Positions 1 through 12,092 of a stretch of DNA of 64,000 nt are shown piece by piece. The notes beneath the pieces were generated by a model. It worked only from the letters and a program-made list of their open reading frames with translations, was not told where the DNA came from and searched no databases. Made by a program: the position numbers and the translations under genes. The first letter of the stretch is position 1. Each line of letters starts with the position of its first letter. The DNA comes from Octopus vulgaris (Eukaryota): NCBI GenBank assembly GCA_951406725.2, contig OX597830.1:24986001-25050000 (forward strand), read 5' to 3'.

Positions 1-784
1 AATGTTTTTTCCTTTCCTTTTGTTTAATAAAAATTTGTCGTCGTAATGTTGTGATAGTCAGCTATCACGCACAAAATGCCAGCTTCCAAATCCTGTTTTC
101 TGATTGGGTATAAATCATCAAAATTTAAACCTATGTAACATTTTACTAAAAATTTTCTGAAACAAGTGAATAACAAAATCAGATTCAGCGTGAAAAATTA
201 CATCAATATACCAAATATGAAAATTTCCACCCAAATTTAAAATTTCAAAAACAGTGAGAGCAACAGAAAAGATCTCACAGCTATATTCACTTGTTTCGGC
301 CAGAGGCTGTGACCATTCTGAAGTACCGGCATTAACTAACAAGTTCCCACACCAGGGATCGAACCCAAGACACCTTGGTGGAAGAAAGGAATCCTAACCA
401 CTAAAGTTATTGATTAACATTTTTACAATTAATTATCGATTGAATCAATCTAATATCTTCTATAATAATTATTGTAGCTTCTTAATTATACTTCCATTAT
501 TCACTTTATAGACGGAAACAAACGAAGACACTCTCAGAATTACCGGCAACAATCTTGAGGCTGAGATGCTGGAACAACCACGTGCCGTCGCAAGGAACTG
601 AAACCGAGTTTCAGAGTTAGTTTAGCAGACGGAAGATCGCCCTTACAGTACATGACATTCGTCTTTCAGACAAATATTTTTTCTGTTGGATTTTTTTATG
701 AACAGGCGTAAAGCCAGCCTACATAAGTAGAGTGTAACATCGATTGAGTCAATGCCAATATATAAATATATAACTGCCACTTGA

Positions 785-999
785 AGGCGGTGAGCTGGCA
801 GAATCGTTAGCATCTCGGGCAAAGTGTTTCGCTGCGTTTTATCTGTCTTTATGTTCTGAGTTCAAATTCTGCCGAGGTCGACTTTGCCTTTTTGTCCTTG
901 GAAGATCGATAAAATAAGTACCAGTTGAGCACTGGGCTCGACGTAGTCGACTTACCCCCTTCCCCCGAAATAGCTGGCCTTGTGCCAAAATTTGAAATG
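785..999 (+). mobile_element. SINE family A (tRNA-like head, Meta-domain-like body), full length
   Basis: Head ggcggtgagctggcagaatcgttagc, B-box-like gagttcaaatt, body gactttgccttt...gatcgataaaataagtacc, tail ggccttgtgccaaaatttgaaa. Approx. 18-bp TSD at 765-782 / 1000-1017 (3 mismatches). Confidence 0.9.
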
Positions 1000-1018
1000 A
1001 ATATGTTACTGCTACTTC

Positions 1019-1055
<37 letters not shown>

Positions 1056-1563
1056 TCGCTGAGATAAAATACAAAAAAATACCACAGCAGCATTTGAACT
1101 CGGAAAGTTGAAGAATGAACTGAAAGTAAATACTGTGACAGGTTTTGGCCCGTATTCTACTATATTTTGCCAAATCGTCACCTTTTAGGTATTGACAAAA
1201 TATCAACAACATTAAATAATGTGGAAAGAAAATATTTGTATTGGTGTATTAGAGAAACAACTCCACATAATAGTTTAAAGCTCCCACACCCTTGAAAGAC
1301 TACATTTTATCATCAAATATGTAAAATATGTTTATGAAGATTTTCTCTTAATAGTAACAGTAAATGGATCAGCCATTTTGCTGTGTTAACTTCCTGTCGT
1401 TTCAATGCATTCGTTGTTCTTAACATTCCCTCCCAGTATTTTATTTGTGTCAAAAGTAATTAAAATGTACAACTTTGAAGCAGTTTATTAAAGAAACCGA
1501 AAACTAATATCTGATTATTTTTAAACTCCTGTGTTTGGTTGCTATATTTATTTTGTTGGTTTG

Positions 1564-1604
<41 letters not shown>

Positions 1605-1689
1605 TGTTACTTTTTGTTAACATTTTGACTAAATTAAAATGTCGGGAATATTTATATTTCTAAATTCGTACTAATATCCATGTTAAGAT

Positions 1690-1925
1690 TGATTTCAAAT
1701 TTTGGCACAAAGCCAGCAATTTCAGGGGAGAGATAAGTCGCTTACATCGACGCCAGTGTTCATCTGGTTCTTATTTTATCGGTCCCGGAAGGATGAAAGG
1801 TAAAGCGAGCCTCAGCGGAATTTGAACTCAGAGGAGGAGAGGCAAGTCGATCACATCGACTCCAGAGCTCAGCTGGTACCCATGTTATCGACCCTGAAAG
1901 GATGAATGGCTAAGTCAACCCCGGC
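1690..1925 (-). mobile_element. SINE family A, two partial copies
   Basis: Reverse complement of the family A tail and body (tttcaaattttggcacaa...ggatgaaaggtaaag), present twice. Confidence 0.8.
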
Positions 1926-1954
1926 ATAGCCATGTTAATATTGAATGTAATTTA

Positions 1955-2658
1955 AGGTGGTGCTGGTTGAATCTTTCGCACGCCGGACAAAATGCTTAGC
2001 GGTATTGAACATGTTAAAGGGCGGCGAGCTGGCAGAATCGTTAGCACGTTGGGCGAAATGCCGAGCGGTATTTCGTCTGCCGTTACGTTCTGAGTTCAAT
2101 TTCCGCCGAGGTCGACTTTGCCTTTCATCCTTTTGGGGGCGATAAATTAAGTACCAGTTACGCACTGGGGTCGATATAATCGACTTAATCCGTCTGTCTG
2201 TCCTTGTTTGTCCTCTCTCTGTTTATCCCCTTGTGGGTAGTAAAGAAATAGGTATTGAACATGTTTTTACGATGTGAGTTCAAATTCTGCCCAGGTCGAC
2301 TTTGCCGTTCATCCTTTCGGGATCGATGAAATAAGTACCTATTTCTTTATTACCCACAAGGGGCTAAACATAGAGGGGACAAACAAGGACAGACATAGGT
2401 ATTAAGTCGATTGTATCGACCCCAGTGCGTAACTGGTACTTAATTTATCGACCCCGAAAGGATGAAAGGCAAAGTCGACCTCGGTGGAATTTGAACTTAC
2501 AACGTAACGACAGACGAAATACGGCTACGCATTTCGCCCGGCATGCTAACTTTCTGCCAGCTCGCCGCCTTCTGCCATACCAGTTGAGGACTAGGATCGA
2601 TGTAATCGACTTAAACCCTACCCCGAAATTGCTGGCCTTGTGTTCAAAATTTGAAACG
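1955..2658 (+). mobile_element. Older SINE A interrupted by two younger tail-variant SINE A copies (about 2017-2250 +, about 2340-2570 -)
   Basis: The host SINE resumes after each insert. The first insert has a 15-bp TSD ggtattgaacatgtt (2001-2015 / 2251-2265). Confidence 0.85.
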
Positions 2659-3020
2659 AATAATCAAATGTAATTAGTTTAAAGCATTAAGTTTTCAGAA
2701 ACCTGTTGGATTTAGGAACGTTAAAACTTTCTACAGATTTTAATTACTTGAAACGATTGTTATAACGAGTTTGATTTTTACATCACAAAAGATTTTTTTT
2801 TGTGGTAAACCTAATTGTACTACTGCCACGTTAGGTTTTGGTGTTTAAACACAGACAATTTAAACAATGGTTCCTGTAGTATATACAGATGGCAACCACT
2901 AACCGGCACACTAACCGGACATCAGGTGAATGACATTAAATAATGAATACCTGGTTTAAAGCTAAAATTATACGGAATTCATCTTCGACTATGGCTGTGC
3001 TATTATGAGTTTATGAATAA

Positions 3021-3420
3021 TAGGCGCAGGAGTGGCTATGTGGTAAGTAGCTTGCTTACCAACCATATGGTTCCGGGTTCAGTCCCACTGCGTGGCATCT
3101 TGGGCAAGTGTCTTCTACTAGAGCCTCGGGCCGACCAATGCCTTGTGAGTGGATTTGGTAGACGGAAACTGAAAGAAGCCCGTCGTATATATGTATATAT
3201 ATGTATGTGTTTGTCCCCCTAGCATTGCTTGACAACCGATGCTGGTGTGTTTACGTCACCGTCACTTAGCGGTTCGGCAAAAGAGACCGATAGAATAAGT
3301 ACTGGGCTTACAAAAGAATAAGTCCCGGGGTCGAGTTGCTCGATTAAAGGCGGTGCTCCAGCATGGCCGCAGTCAAATGACTGAAACAAATAAAAGAGTA
3401 AAAAAAAGAGTAAGAGTAAG
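3021..3420 (+). mobile_element. SINE family B (tRNA head, internal TA/TG microsatellite, gctccagcatggccgcagtc...gtaaaag tail)
   Basis: aggcgcaggagtggctatgtggtaag (A box), gggttcagtccc (B box), CORE/V-like cttgggcaagtg; many copies in the window. Confidence 0.9.
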
Positions 3421-3432
3421 TAACCACAAACT

Positions 3433-3642
3433 AAGACGGCGAGCTAGCAGAATCGTTAGCACACCGGGCAAAACAGCGGTATTTCATCCGACTTTACGTT
3501 CTAAGTTCAAATTCCGCCGTAGTCGACTTTGCCTTTCATCGTTTCAGGGTTGATGAAATAAGTACCAGTTGAGCACTGGGGTCGATGTAATCGACTTACC
3601 TCCTACCTCGAAATTGCTGGACACGTGTCAAAATTTGAAATT
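3433..3642 (+). mobile_element. SINE family A
   Basis: Full family A sequence; 18-bp TSD agtaWgtaaccacaaact at 3415-3432 / 3643-3660. Confidence 0.9.
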
Positions 3643-4618
3643 AGTATGTAACCACAAACTGGACGCATTTAAGCCAACAACAATATACCGAAGAACAGGT
3701 AGTATTGGATACACATTGACGCCTATAATCTTACCTGGTTCCATCTTTCTATATCACTAGCTTTATCTGTGTATTTAACAGTCTTCCAGACAATCATGCT
3801 TATACAGTTTTTAAAGAATTCCAAACAGCTTTTAAACACGTGATTCGATATGCATTATAGAGAAATGTACAATTCAATGTTCCTTTCCTATAGATCCGAA
3901 AATCTGATACAATCTATCATAAGAAAACTATGTGTGATAAACATCTCTATAACGGTAGAATTCGTAAATATAAATAAAATGAACAAAAGCAGATATGGCA
4001 GAATGGTGTTTAATATCGGTAAATAAAGACATTCGTTTCGATGTAACAGTAACGGAGATATTTTACCTCAACTATATTCTGAATAAAAATATTATATTTA
4101 TTTCCTAAATGAGTTTACAGCATTATAAATCAGAGATAGGGAACTTGGGAGAGAATAGCACGGATCTTTGACACCGATATGACTCTGTTTAAACTAGGGT
4201 TACATAAATGTCATGGGATAAACGAATGTGATAAAATAACCCAGAGACTTGAGTTAGCAATTTTATCGCTTTGGGAATATCCTGGTTCAACCTTTCAACA
4301 GAATTCGTTGGGTAAGCATTATTTTCTGAGGGATAAATGGTGGAGTAGTGTGAATAAAATTACTGAATTTGAATGATCGAGACTCATTACAAGAGAATAC
4401 ATACTAGTTTAGGAATTAATTAGGATTTAACTTACTACATATCAATCTGTTAAAATATTGCCAATGTTGTTACAGCACAAGCGTTCTGGTTATGATTTCC
4501 TACCAGAAATTTTCTGCGAATAGTACTTAAAGTATTTCTAGTCCTTCAAAATGTTATTCAAGTCTCACAAACAACAATCTCAGATGTCCAAAGCCCTTTG
4601 TTTGGAATATCAACGCGA

Positions 4619-4696
<78 letters not shown>

Positions 4697-4900
4697 CCTT
4701 TCTACTATAGGCACAAGGCCTGAAATTTTGGAGGAGGGGGCCAATCGATTAGATCGACCCAAGCACACAACTGGTACTTAATCTACCGAAAGGATGAAAG
4801 GCTAAGTCGGTATCGGCGGAATTTGAACTCAGAACGTAGCGACGGGTGAAGTATTATTAAGCATTTCGTCCAGTGTGCTAACGATTCTGCCAGCTCGCCG
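4619..4900 (-). mobile_element. SINE family A with (TAA)n tract (4619-4696)
   Basis: Reverse-complement family A sequence ending in a long TAA microsatellite. Confidence 0.85.
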
Positions 4901-4959
4901 GTACATTTGTACCGTCGGTGTTTGTCACACTAAGGGAGATAAGTCAGGATTAAATTCGA

Positions 4960-5600
4960 GTTATTTCCCTTAGCTTCTGGACTGGCATTGCTGCAACACT
5001 CTTCAAAGGTGGTAAAACTCTTCATAGTATATTCTAGCTTGCAGTTCCTTTGAGTATAACAAGTGTGTGCAATGTTCCACCAAATTCTGATCAAAGAAAT
5101 ATTCTTAGGCGAGTAAAAGTCTTCATTTTTGACGAAGCTTCAATGATACCAGTTTATGCTTTGAAAGCTATAGATAATTGTTTAAGATATATTATGAATA
5201 GTAAAGTATATTTGGTAGGAAAATTATCGTACAATGAGATTTTAGACAAGTTCTTCAAGTTGTCCCAAAGCTCCTCTAGCAGCTGTACTTGATGCCTGCC
5301 TCAAACGCTCCTCTATGTGGGATAATTTTCACCAAATGCAACTTACGCAAAACATGAAAACAAATGCAAATGAACAAGATTTTTTGAGGCGACTACTACA
5401 ACTTGGAAGTGGATTTCATCAAAGCTCTCTTGATAATCTCGCAGAATATACTATTTATATTCCTGAGGCATGCATAAGTAACAGTTCTTTGGTATCTGAT
5501 ATATTTGACAATTGTACAGTAGAAAAAATGAAAAACAGAATGATCTTATCCCCTAAAATTTCAAATTGTTTAGCAGTAAATGAAGAAATTCTAAGTAGAT
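4960..5600 (+). mobile_element. Helitron Rep-helicase (PIF1-like) fragment, decayed
   Basis: Translates across stops and frameshifts to WTGIAATLFKGGKTLHS, VFIFDEASM, DFRQVL, LTQNM, LLQLGSG, ILSPK: PIF1/Helitron helicase motifs. Confidence 0.85.
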
Positions 5601-5707
5601 TACATCGACCCTAGTGCTGAACTGGTACTTATTTTATCGACCCCGAAGGAATGAAAGGCAAATTCAGAACGTAAAGAGTTGGAAGACATGCCGCTAAGTA
5701 TTTTGCC

Positions 5708-5928
5708 CTCAGCCCTTTCAACCGCGTCCACCACGCAACCTCTTTCTCTATACCCACCAGGCAAAGGAAAACTGCCTTCCCTCTTCAGTTAAAGGATTGC
5801 AGCGCGACAATCAACACGATGGACTCGGCTGATAGCCGGAGCAGTCCCATACGCAGTAGCAACTGTTCGAAATAACTCCACGAGTCAACAATGGTTGGAC
5901 ACTGAACAAATGCGTGCAGAACTGTTTC
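5708..5928 (-). mobile_element. Tx1/L1 LINE ORF2 C-terminal fragment
   Basis: ETVLHAFVQCPTI...KAVFLCLVGIEKEVAWWTRLKG, similar to the C-terminus of the element at about 35830-36050. Confidence 0.75.
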
Positions 5929-5999
5929 ATGGCTCTGTGGCCCCCAGTAGCACTTCCAGGCCAGAAACTTCTGGAGTAGCTGTGTGGTAAGAATCTTGC

Positions 6000-6330
6000 T
6001 TTCTAATTATATTAGGAATGGCTTCAATTGTGTACTGGTCAGCTTGAACCAAGACCTCTACTCTTTTCTCCGACCAGTTTTGCTTTCGTATCCCAAATAT
6101 TTGTATAATGCTTATTTCGTCAACATCAGCCAAAGCATTGGCTATTATCCTCCAGGTTCTTATTTCTGGTGGTACATCTGCCCTCACCTTCATCATATAT
6201 TTGCCCATACACATTGATATGAGAGTGAAACACTCGCTCTCAAATGGGTGGGAACTAATGGCTCCTTGATTTAGTTATCGTGGCGAATCTTTCATCTACC
6301 ATAACAAATTGTATTCTATGAGCGATGTAC
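6000..6330 (-). mobile_element. Tx1/L1 LINE ORF1 fragment
   Basis: VPPEI...QNW...VEVLVQADQYTIEAIP resembles ORF1 at 39700-39950 and 33860-34081. Confidence 0.6.
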
Positions 6331-6507
6331 GTCCTTTCCTCCCACACAGATTTCAGGCATCTTTCTACTTTTAAGTGTGTTAGTAGCCTTATTCTACGAG
6401 TCTTCATGTTTATTCATCGATGGGTGATTGTACATCACTCGAATACAATTTGGCATTTTAGATGTCAAATTCGCCAAGATAACCAAAGAGGAAGTGGTAT
6501 AATCATT

Positions 6508-6885
6508 TACATCAACCCCAGTACTTGATTGATACTTTATTTTATCGACTCCAAAGGATGAAAACCAAAAAGTCAACCTCAGCCTGATATGAACTCAGAA
6601 GGTAGAGCCGGAAGAAATCATTTTGTTCATCACCCTAATGATTTTTTTCAGCTAATCGTCTTAGAAAATAATATTGATTTCAAATTTTGACACAAGGCCA
6701 GCAATTTTGAGGGAAGGATAAGTCAATTCCATCAACCCTAGTCCTTAACTGGTACTATTTCAACGACTTTAAAAGGATGAAAGGCAAAGTCGATCTCGGC
6801 GGAATTTGAATTCAGAACGAGAAGACAGACGAAATACCGCAAAGTATTTCGCCCGGCGTGCTAACGATTCTGCTAGCTCGCAGCA
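6508..6885 (-). mobile_element. Two tandem SINE A copies
   Basis: Reverse-complement family A motifs at about 6508-6660 (old) and 6677-6885. Confidence 0.8.
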
Positions 6886-7412
6886 TTGCTTTGGAAAATA
6901 ACATTAGATTGTGTATAAGATCGAAAACTATTTCTCTCGGGTATAGGAATCATCTTTCACAATGAATTTCCATGTAAATTTCCTGTGTGAATCAGTATCG
7001 TGACAGATATCGTTGCGTAGAAAATAACAGAAATTCATTGCAAATAATAAATCACTTGTTTATTTCTACTTGTCTCTGAAGAGCAAAAGCAGAGGCAGAA
7101 ATGACATAATTCACACTAACTGCTTAACTGCATATGGTTTCGTATGTCTCTGAACTGAAATGTAACTGAGATCAATGTTCTTTTATATACCTCTGGGTCG
7201 ACAAATTAATTACCAAACATATACCGAAGACTATTCAATCGAATGCACTCTTCCTCGTCATTACTTTCTTTTTCTTTGGATAAGAATGAAAAGTTTCGGT
7301 GACATCGAGGATAATTTGGAATAAACATTGTTTCAATGTTTATTCCAAATATTTTATTACAGAAAGAAAAGTAAATGATTCAGTTTCTTGACTATGTTCC
7401 TTCAAAACTAAG

Positions 7413-7457
<45 letters not shown>

Positions 7458-7619
7458 AAGTGGACCGCCTTAATACATATAAGTTTAAAAGTAAATATGC
7501 TTAAATACTCACTGTTCCTAAAAACCGTTTGAAGTGGTTTTTTAACTTCTGCGCTCTGGAGAATGAAAACATTTTTGCAACTTTTCCCCCTTTTTTTTTT
7601 TTTTGAATTAATTTTAAAT

Positions 7620-7960
7620 AGGCACAGGCGTGGCTATGTAGTACAAATTTGCATCCCAACCACATGGTTCCGGGTTCAGTCTATTACAGCCCCAGGCCGA
7701 CCAAAGCCTAGTTAGCGGATTTGAGAGAAAAAAACATCTTGTGTGTGTGTGTGTGTTTGTGTGTGTGTCTTTTTGCTTGTGTTTGTCCCCCACCGCACCG
7801 CTTGACAACCGGATAGGATAAGCATCAGGCTTTCAAAAGTTAAAAAAAGTGGGGGGGTACTGGAGTCGATTCATCCGACTAAAAACTTTTCAAGACGGTA
7901 CCCGCGCATGGCCACAGGTTTATGACTGAAACAAGTAAAAAACGATAAAAGATAAAAGCT
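7620..7960 (+). mobile_element. SINE family B, internally deleted
   Basis: Family B head and tail motifs. Confidence 0.75.
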
Positions 7961-8124
7961 CAGAATACTGAATAACAACAAGTTCCTAAATGACACATCG
8001 ATTGGTTCGACATGTAAGGAGTCTCTACTAAGAATATCGATTTCATATTTCGCTGAATAACTTCATGACATAAATTTATAACCTAAAAAACTACCCTAAT
8101 CGATTTCGAGTATATTTTTATCAT

Positions 8125-8510
8125 TTACCTGTTTCAGTCATTAGACTGCAGCCATGCTGGGGCACTGCCTTGAAAAGTATTTAGTCGAACGAATCGACCC
8201 CAGGACTTTCTTTTTAAGCCTGCTGCTTATCATATCGGTCATCTATGCCGAACCGCTAGGTTACGGGGACGTAAACTGACAAACACTGGTTTTCAAGAGG
8301 TGGTGGGGAAGACATAAAGACACACACACACACACACAAAACATGCGCGCACACACACATATTCGGCGAGCTTCTTTCAGTTTCCGTCTACCAAATCCAC
8401 TCACAAGGTCTTGGTCGTCCCGAGCCTGTAGTAGAAGACACTTGCCCAAGGTGCCACGCAGTGGGATTGAACCTGGAACCACGTAGTTGGTGGGAAATAA
8501 GCTGATTATT
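8125..8510 (-). mobile_element. SINE family B
   Basis: Reverse complement of the family B consensus. Confidence 0.85.
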
Positions 8511-8752
8511 GTCAAAACCTCTAGTAGACGGGTCAGAGATTTGATATATATTTCAAAGCATCTACAGACAGCCGTGTGATCAGGTATTCGTAACCTGTCA
8601 TATCTACCTTATCATGTAAAATTACATGAATATTAACACTTTTTGCTTCAATTAGTGATTCGTGCGTGTAACTATGTGCAAGCTTATGTGTATGCGTTTG
8701 AGTGTTATGCTTGTTGATATGTGTGGTTTGCATAAGGAGAGTTATGAGGTGG

Positions 8753-9085
8753 CTAGGGAGAGTCATTGGCCAATATTATTATCACACGCACTGGTTCAAC
8801 TCCACTCCTTTATTATTAGTCAATTGATTGAATATATCCAACTAACTAATCGATTGTTTGCTTAATTTGTTTAAAATGCGGCCTCTGTAATGGACTAAGC
8901 CAAAAGTCATTGGAAAGTAGTAAGGAAAGAATTTTGACAAACAAAAACAAAACAAACGACTTATTGTTTAACCAAATTAAACAATCAATCGATTAGTTAG
9001 TTGGATATTTAACCAGTTGAATAATGATAAAGGAGTGGAGTTGAACCAGTACATGTGTTAATATTTGCATAATGACTCTCCCTAG
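8753..9085. repeat. Inverted repeat / MITE-like foldback with arms of about 120 bp
   Basis: ctagggagagtcatt...actggttcaactccactcctttat...tatccaactaactaatcgattg is mirrored by caatcgattagttagttggata...ataaaggagtggagttgaaccagt...aatgactctccctag. Confidence 0.85.
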
Positions 9086-9492
9086 ACGCAACAAAATTTG
9101 TTTCATCACACAAATTCACATAAAGAATCTTGCAAACCAGATACGAAAACGGAGTTATGTGGTGGGATGTACTAAACTATGTTCATATTTTTAGCAGGCT
9201 ATATTTACTACCAGTAAAAAGCAAAAACAAAATATATCTACTACTTCATCAATTGCTACTATAATCCCATGTAAGGGATATACAAACTGCTCTAAAGTAA
9301 GCATGCGTAGTGAAGAGTCATAAACGAAACCACTGTACGCTATTATATTCCTTACCAAGTGTAAATGTATACTCAAAATATATAAGAAACAACGAAGGGA
9401 CCTTTATATGGTAGCTAATCATATCCGTCTCTCTTTCTATTTATGTGTGTGTGCTTGCGCGCGTGTAGGGTCTCCTTGAGTAATTTTGCCAG

Positions 9493-10138
9493 GTAGAACA
9501 AGACTGCTTTCGAATCCCGACAGAACAACAGGAGAAGGAACATTCAAATTTCCATTTCAATTTTCTCCCTCTCCGTCCCCGATTTCTTCCTTTTTTTACC
9601 TTTTCCCATTTTTCTTTTTTTTGGTAATCCACAGTGAAAAAAATAGAGAGCACGAATCTTTAAGAATTTTCGTCTTCTTTTTTTTTTTGTTCTTAAAGAA
9701 ACACTAAAATCTCTTTCTCAAACATCTACCCGTCACCTCACCACTCTCAAAATGCTACAAACTCTTAGCATTTTGGAAAGCAGGGAAGTTTCTTCAGAAA
9801 TAATGTCGTTTACCTGTTGTTTCTAGCATGTCGGGTCTTCTGGTGGTAGTATTTTTTACGTCTACTATTTCAGACGAAAGTGAAACATTGAGAGGTTTTA
9901 GCTTTTTAAAAGAGGGTAAGTGGTGGGTGGGCAAGGTGGAGGAAGGGGCATTGAGTGTTTCTTTAAGAAAAATTAAACTTTAAAAAATATATATTTCTCA
10001 GATTCGTAATCTCTGTATTTTTCTACGTAGATAAAAAAAAAATTCGAAAAAAAGTTACAAAATAAAGAAATTGCAGTGGTTACGTGGGGAAATTAAAATT
10101 TTGAAAAAATGTGATTTCTAGGCAAAATCCTTTTCTAC
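9493..10138. repeat. Degenerate long foldback element
   Basis: Collinear reverse-complement blocks: ttcttaaagaaacact / agtgtttctttaagaa; gaaaaaaatagagagcacgaatct / agattcgtaatctctgtattttttc; gtagaacaag / ccttttctac. Confidence 0.65.
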
Positions 10139-10337
10139 GATGAAACAATACATAGTTTGCGATCCTTCTTATGAACAGAAAGCACTTTCATGCGAACCCA
10201 TGCAAATTGTACATTCCCCCTTCACTTTCAAACAAGCAATAACTTCCATTCCGCCAGTAATCAGTTCACTATATAATCAGTTGCACCGATTTTGTCCACA
10301 AGAAAGGAACAAATACAATGTGGCTGTAGGTCATAAC

Positions 10338-10366
10338 ACCCGGGCAACGCCAGGATGCATTGCTAG
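10338..10366 (+). mobile_element. Helitron 3' terminus (orphan)
   Basis: cccgggcaacgccagg...gCTAG|T, the same type of end as at 11717-11745. Confidence 0.6.
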
Positions 10367-10479
10367 TGCGCGCGCGTGTGTGTGTGTGTGCGTGCGTATG
10401 TGTGCATGATTATACACGCATATATATGCATATATACGTATATATATGTATATGCATATATACGTGTATATATATATAT

Positions 10480-10685
10480 ATAACGGGAAGCTTTATGAAA
10501 ATAAACAAAAGACGAAGGCAGGTGGAATACAAACAAACAATTGTATTAGTATGGTGCTCAGGAATATAAATAAAACAAGTCTTTTACGTTTTGAGCCTAC
10601 GCTCTTCAACAGAAAGATACACAGAAAAGAAACACGGAAAGAAACAAGGAGAGAAAAAAAATGCGTGCAGAAGCTAGCGAATCAA
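10480..10685 (-). mobile_element. Penelope-like element terminal remnant with a minimal hammerhead relic (10580-10617)
   Basis: Minus strand reads tcttt-CTGTTGA-a-gagc-gtag-gctc-AAAA-cgTA-aaaga; embedded in TA repeats. Confidence 0.55.
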
Positions 10686-11131
10686 CATATATATATATAT
10701 ACATTACACACACATATATATATACATATACACACACATATATATACATGTGTGTGTGTGTGTGTGTCTATGCATATATGCACATGCTCATATATATACA
10801 TGCACACAGCTTCCAAACATTTTACTGACAGATAAAAGACTTAAAGGGCATCTAGCTGAACGGATATTTAGCCAAACAGACAACTGGTAAAATTGTTGTT
10901 CATTTTAATGTATATATATAAAACTTATAATTAAAATCACTTTTCATTGTAATATATCGCTCTCATCAGCGGACTGCATTCAGAAACTATCCCCTCAGTT
11001 TCTGTTTCACTTGTGGTTGGTTATTCTGTTGGGATTTTTTAGCCACGCCCCAACCCAATATTTGTTTACTCGCCTAGACCCTGATTCAGTGGCTGTTCAG
11101 AAAGAAATTTTTACTTTCTTTTTTTAAGATT

Positions 11132-11340
11132 ATGGAATTCATACCATCAACAAGAAAAGGAAGCATGTTTGCGCTTAACGGCGACGCCTACATCCTTGAT
11201 AAACGAAGAAACAATGTAACGGATTAGGTGAATCAACACAAAAATGCAGTTGTGCAGGGCGATTAAAGAGAGAAGAGCATGATGTTCAATAAGACAGCAA
11301 ACAAATTATCGTCTGCGCCTGATGCTGGACAAAACCTGTC
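11132..11340 (+). mobile_element. Possible Mutator/MULE FLYWCH N-terminal fragment
   Basis: MEFIPSTRKGSMFALNGDAYILDKRRNNVTD* fits the FLYWCH pattern, with TAG at the expected Trp position. Confidence 0.4.
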
Positions 11341-11348
11341 CTTGAAAA

Positions 11349-11745
11349 TCTTTATATATAAAAGTAAGGTTGTGTGCTGTCTGTCTCCTACGATTTAGAT
11401 TCCTAACTACTCCCACATATTGCGGTGCAGTTTAACCAAAACCGGGTATCTTATAGTCGTGAGTCATATCGAGCCCTTCTGGGTATTAGCGCGCGTCTAC
11501 GATGAGTCTACGATTAAAAAAAAATTTACCATCATTTTTTCCATTTTAATGCATTTTTTTCGCTATTATATAAGGGAAGTAACTCTCTAAAAATGTCTAC
11601 GATGAGTCAACGATTTTAAAAAAATTTACCATAATTTTTTCCATTTTTAATGCATTTTTTTGCTATTTTTTGGCTATAATTCTCTAAAAATGCTTATATA
11701 GTTATTTCCCTTACAAGCCCGAGCAACGCCGGGCGATACTGCTAG
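11349..11745 (+). mobile_element. Complete non-autonomous Helitron
   Basis: A|TCTTTATATATAAAA 5' end; subterminal hairpin gcccg-agcaacgc-cgggc; CTAG|T 3' end; no TSD; internal tandem duplication of about 100 bp. Confidence 0.85.
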
Positions 11746-11792
11746 TAATACGTAAAATCAAAGAAAGAGATTGGTAGGCTGAGAAAATTATA

Positions 11793-11915
11793 AAGTAACC
11801 CCTCGCTATATCTATATCGCGGTTCACCTATTGTGGATAATTATTTAAGCTTACGTCGATTCCTCCGTAGTGTTGTTTTGCATTTATAATAAAATAAATA
11901 TATACAAATTATAAA

Positions 11916-11985
<70 letters not shown>

Positions 11986-12092
11986 TAATAATAATAATAA
12001 TAATAATATACAGTACTGTTTCTACTTCGCGGATTTTCCCCTGTTGCGGGGTTTTTTGAAACGTAATACCCGCGATAGTCAAGGGATTACTG
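11793..12092. mobile_element. Tigger/pogo-type MITE with internal (TAA)n
   Basis: TA-aagtaacccctcgctat...cgcg at the left end and cgcgatagtcaagggattactg-TA at the right end: imperfect TIRs with a TA TSD. Confidence 0.7.

Noticed and set aside
7070-7175. CUGAAGA...GAAA with a long hairpin (similar weak cases near 12415-12472, 14978-15015 and 15125-15155)
   Set aside because: The cleavage triplet or stem I is not formed; too degenerate to call, though they may be Penelope relics.
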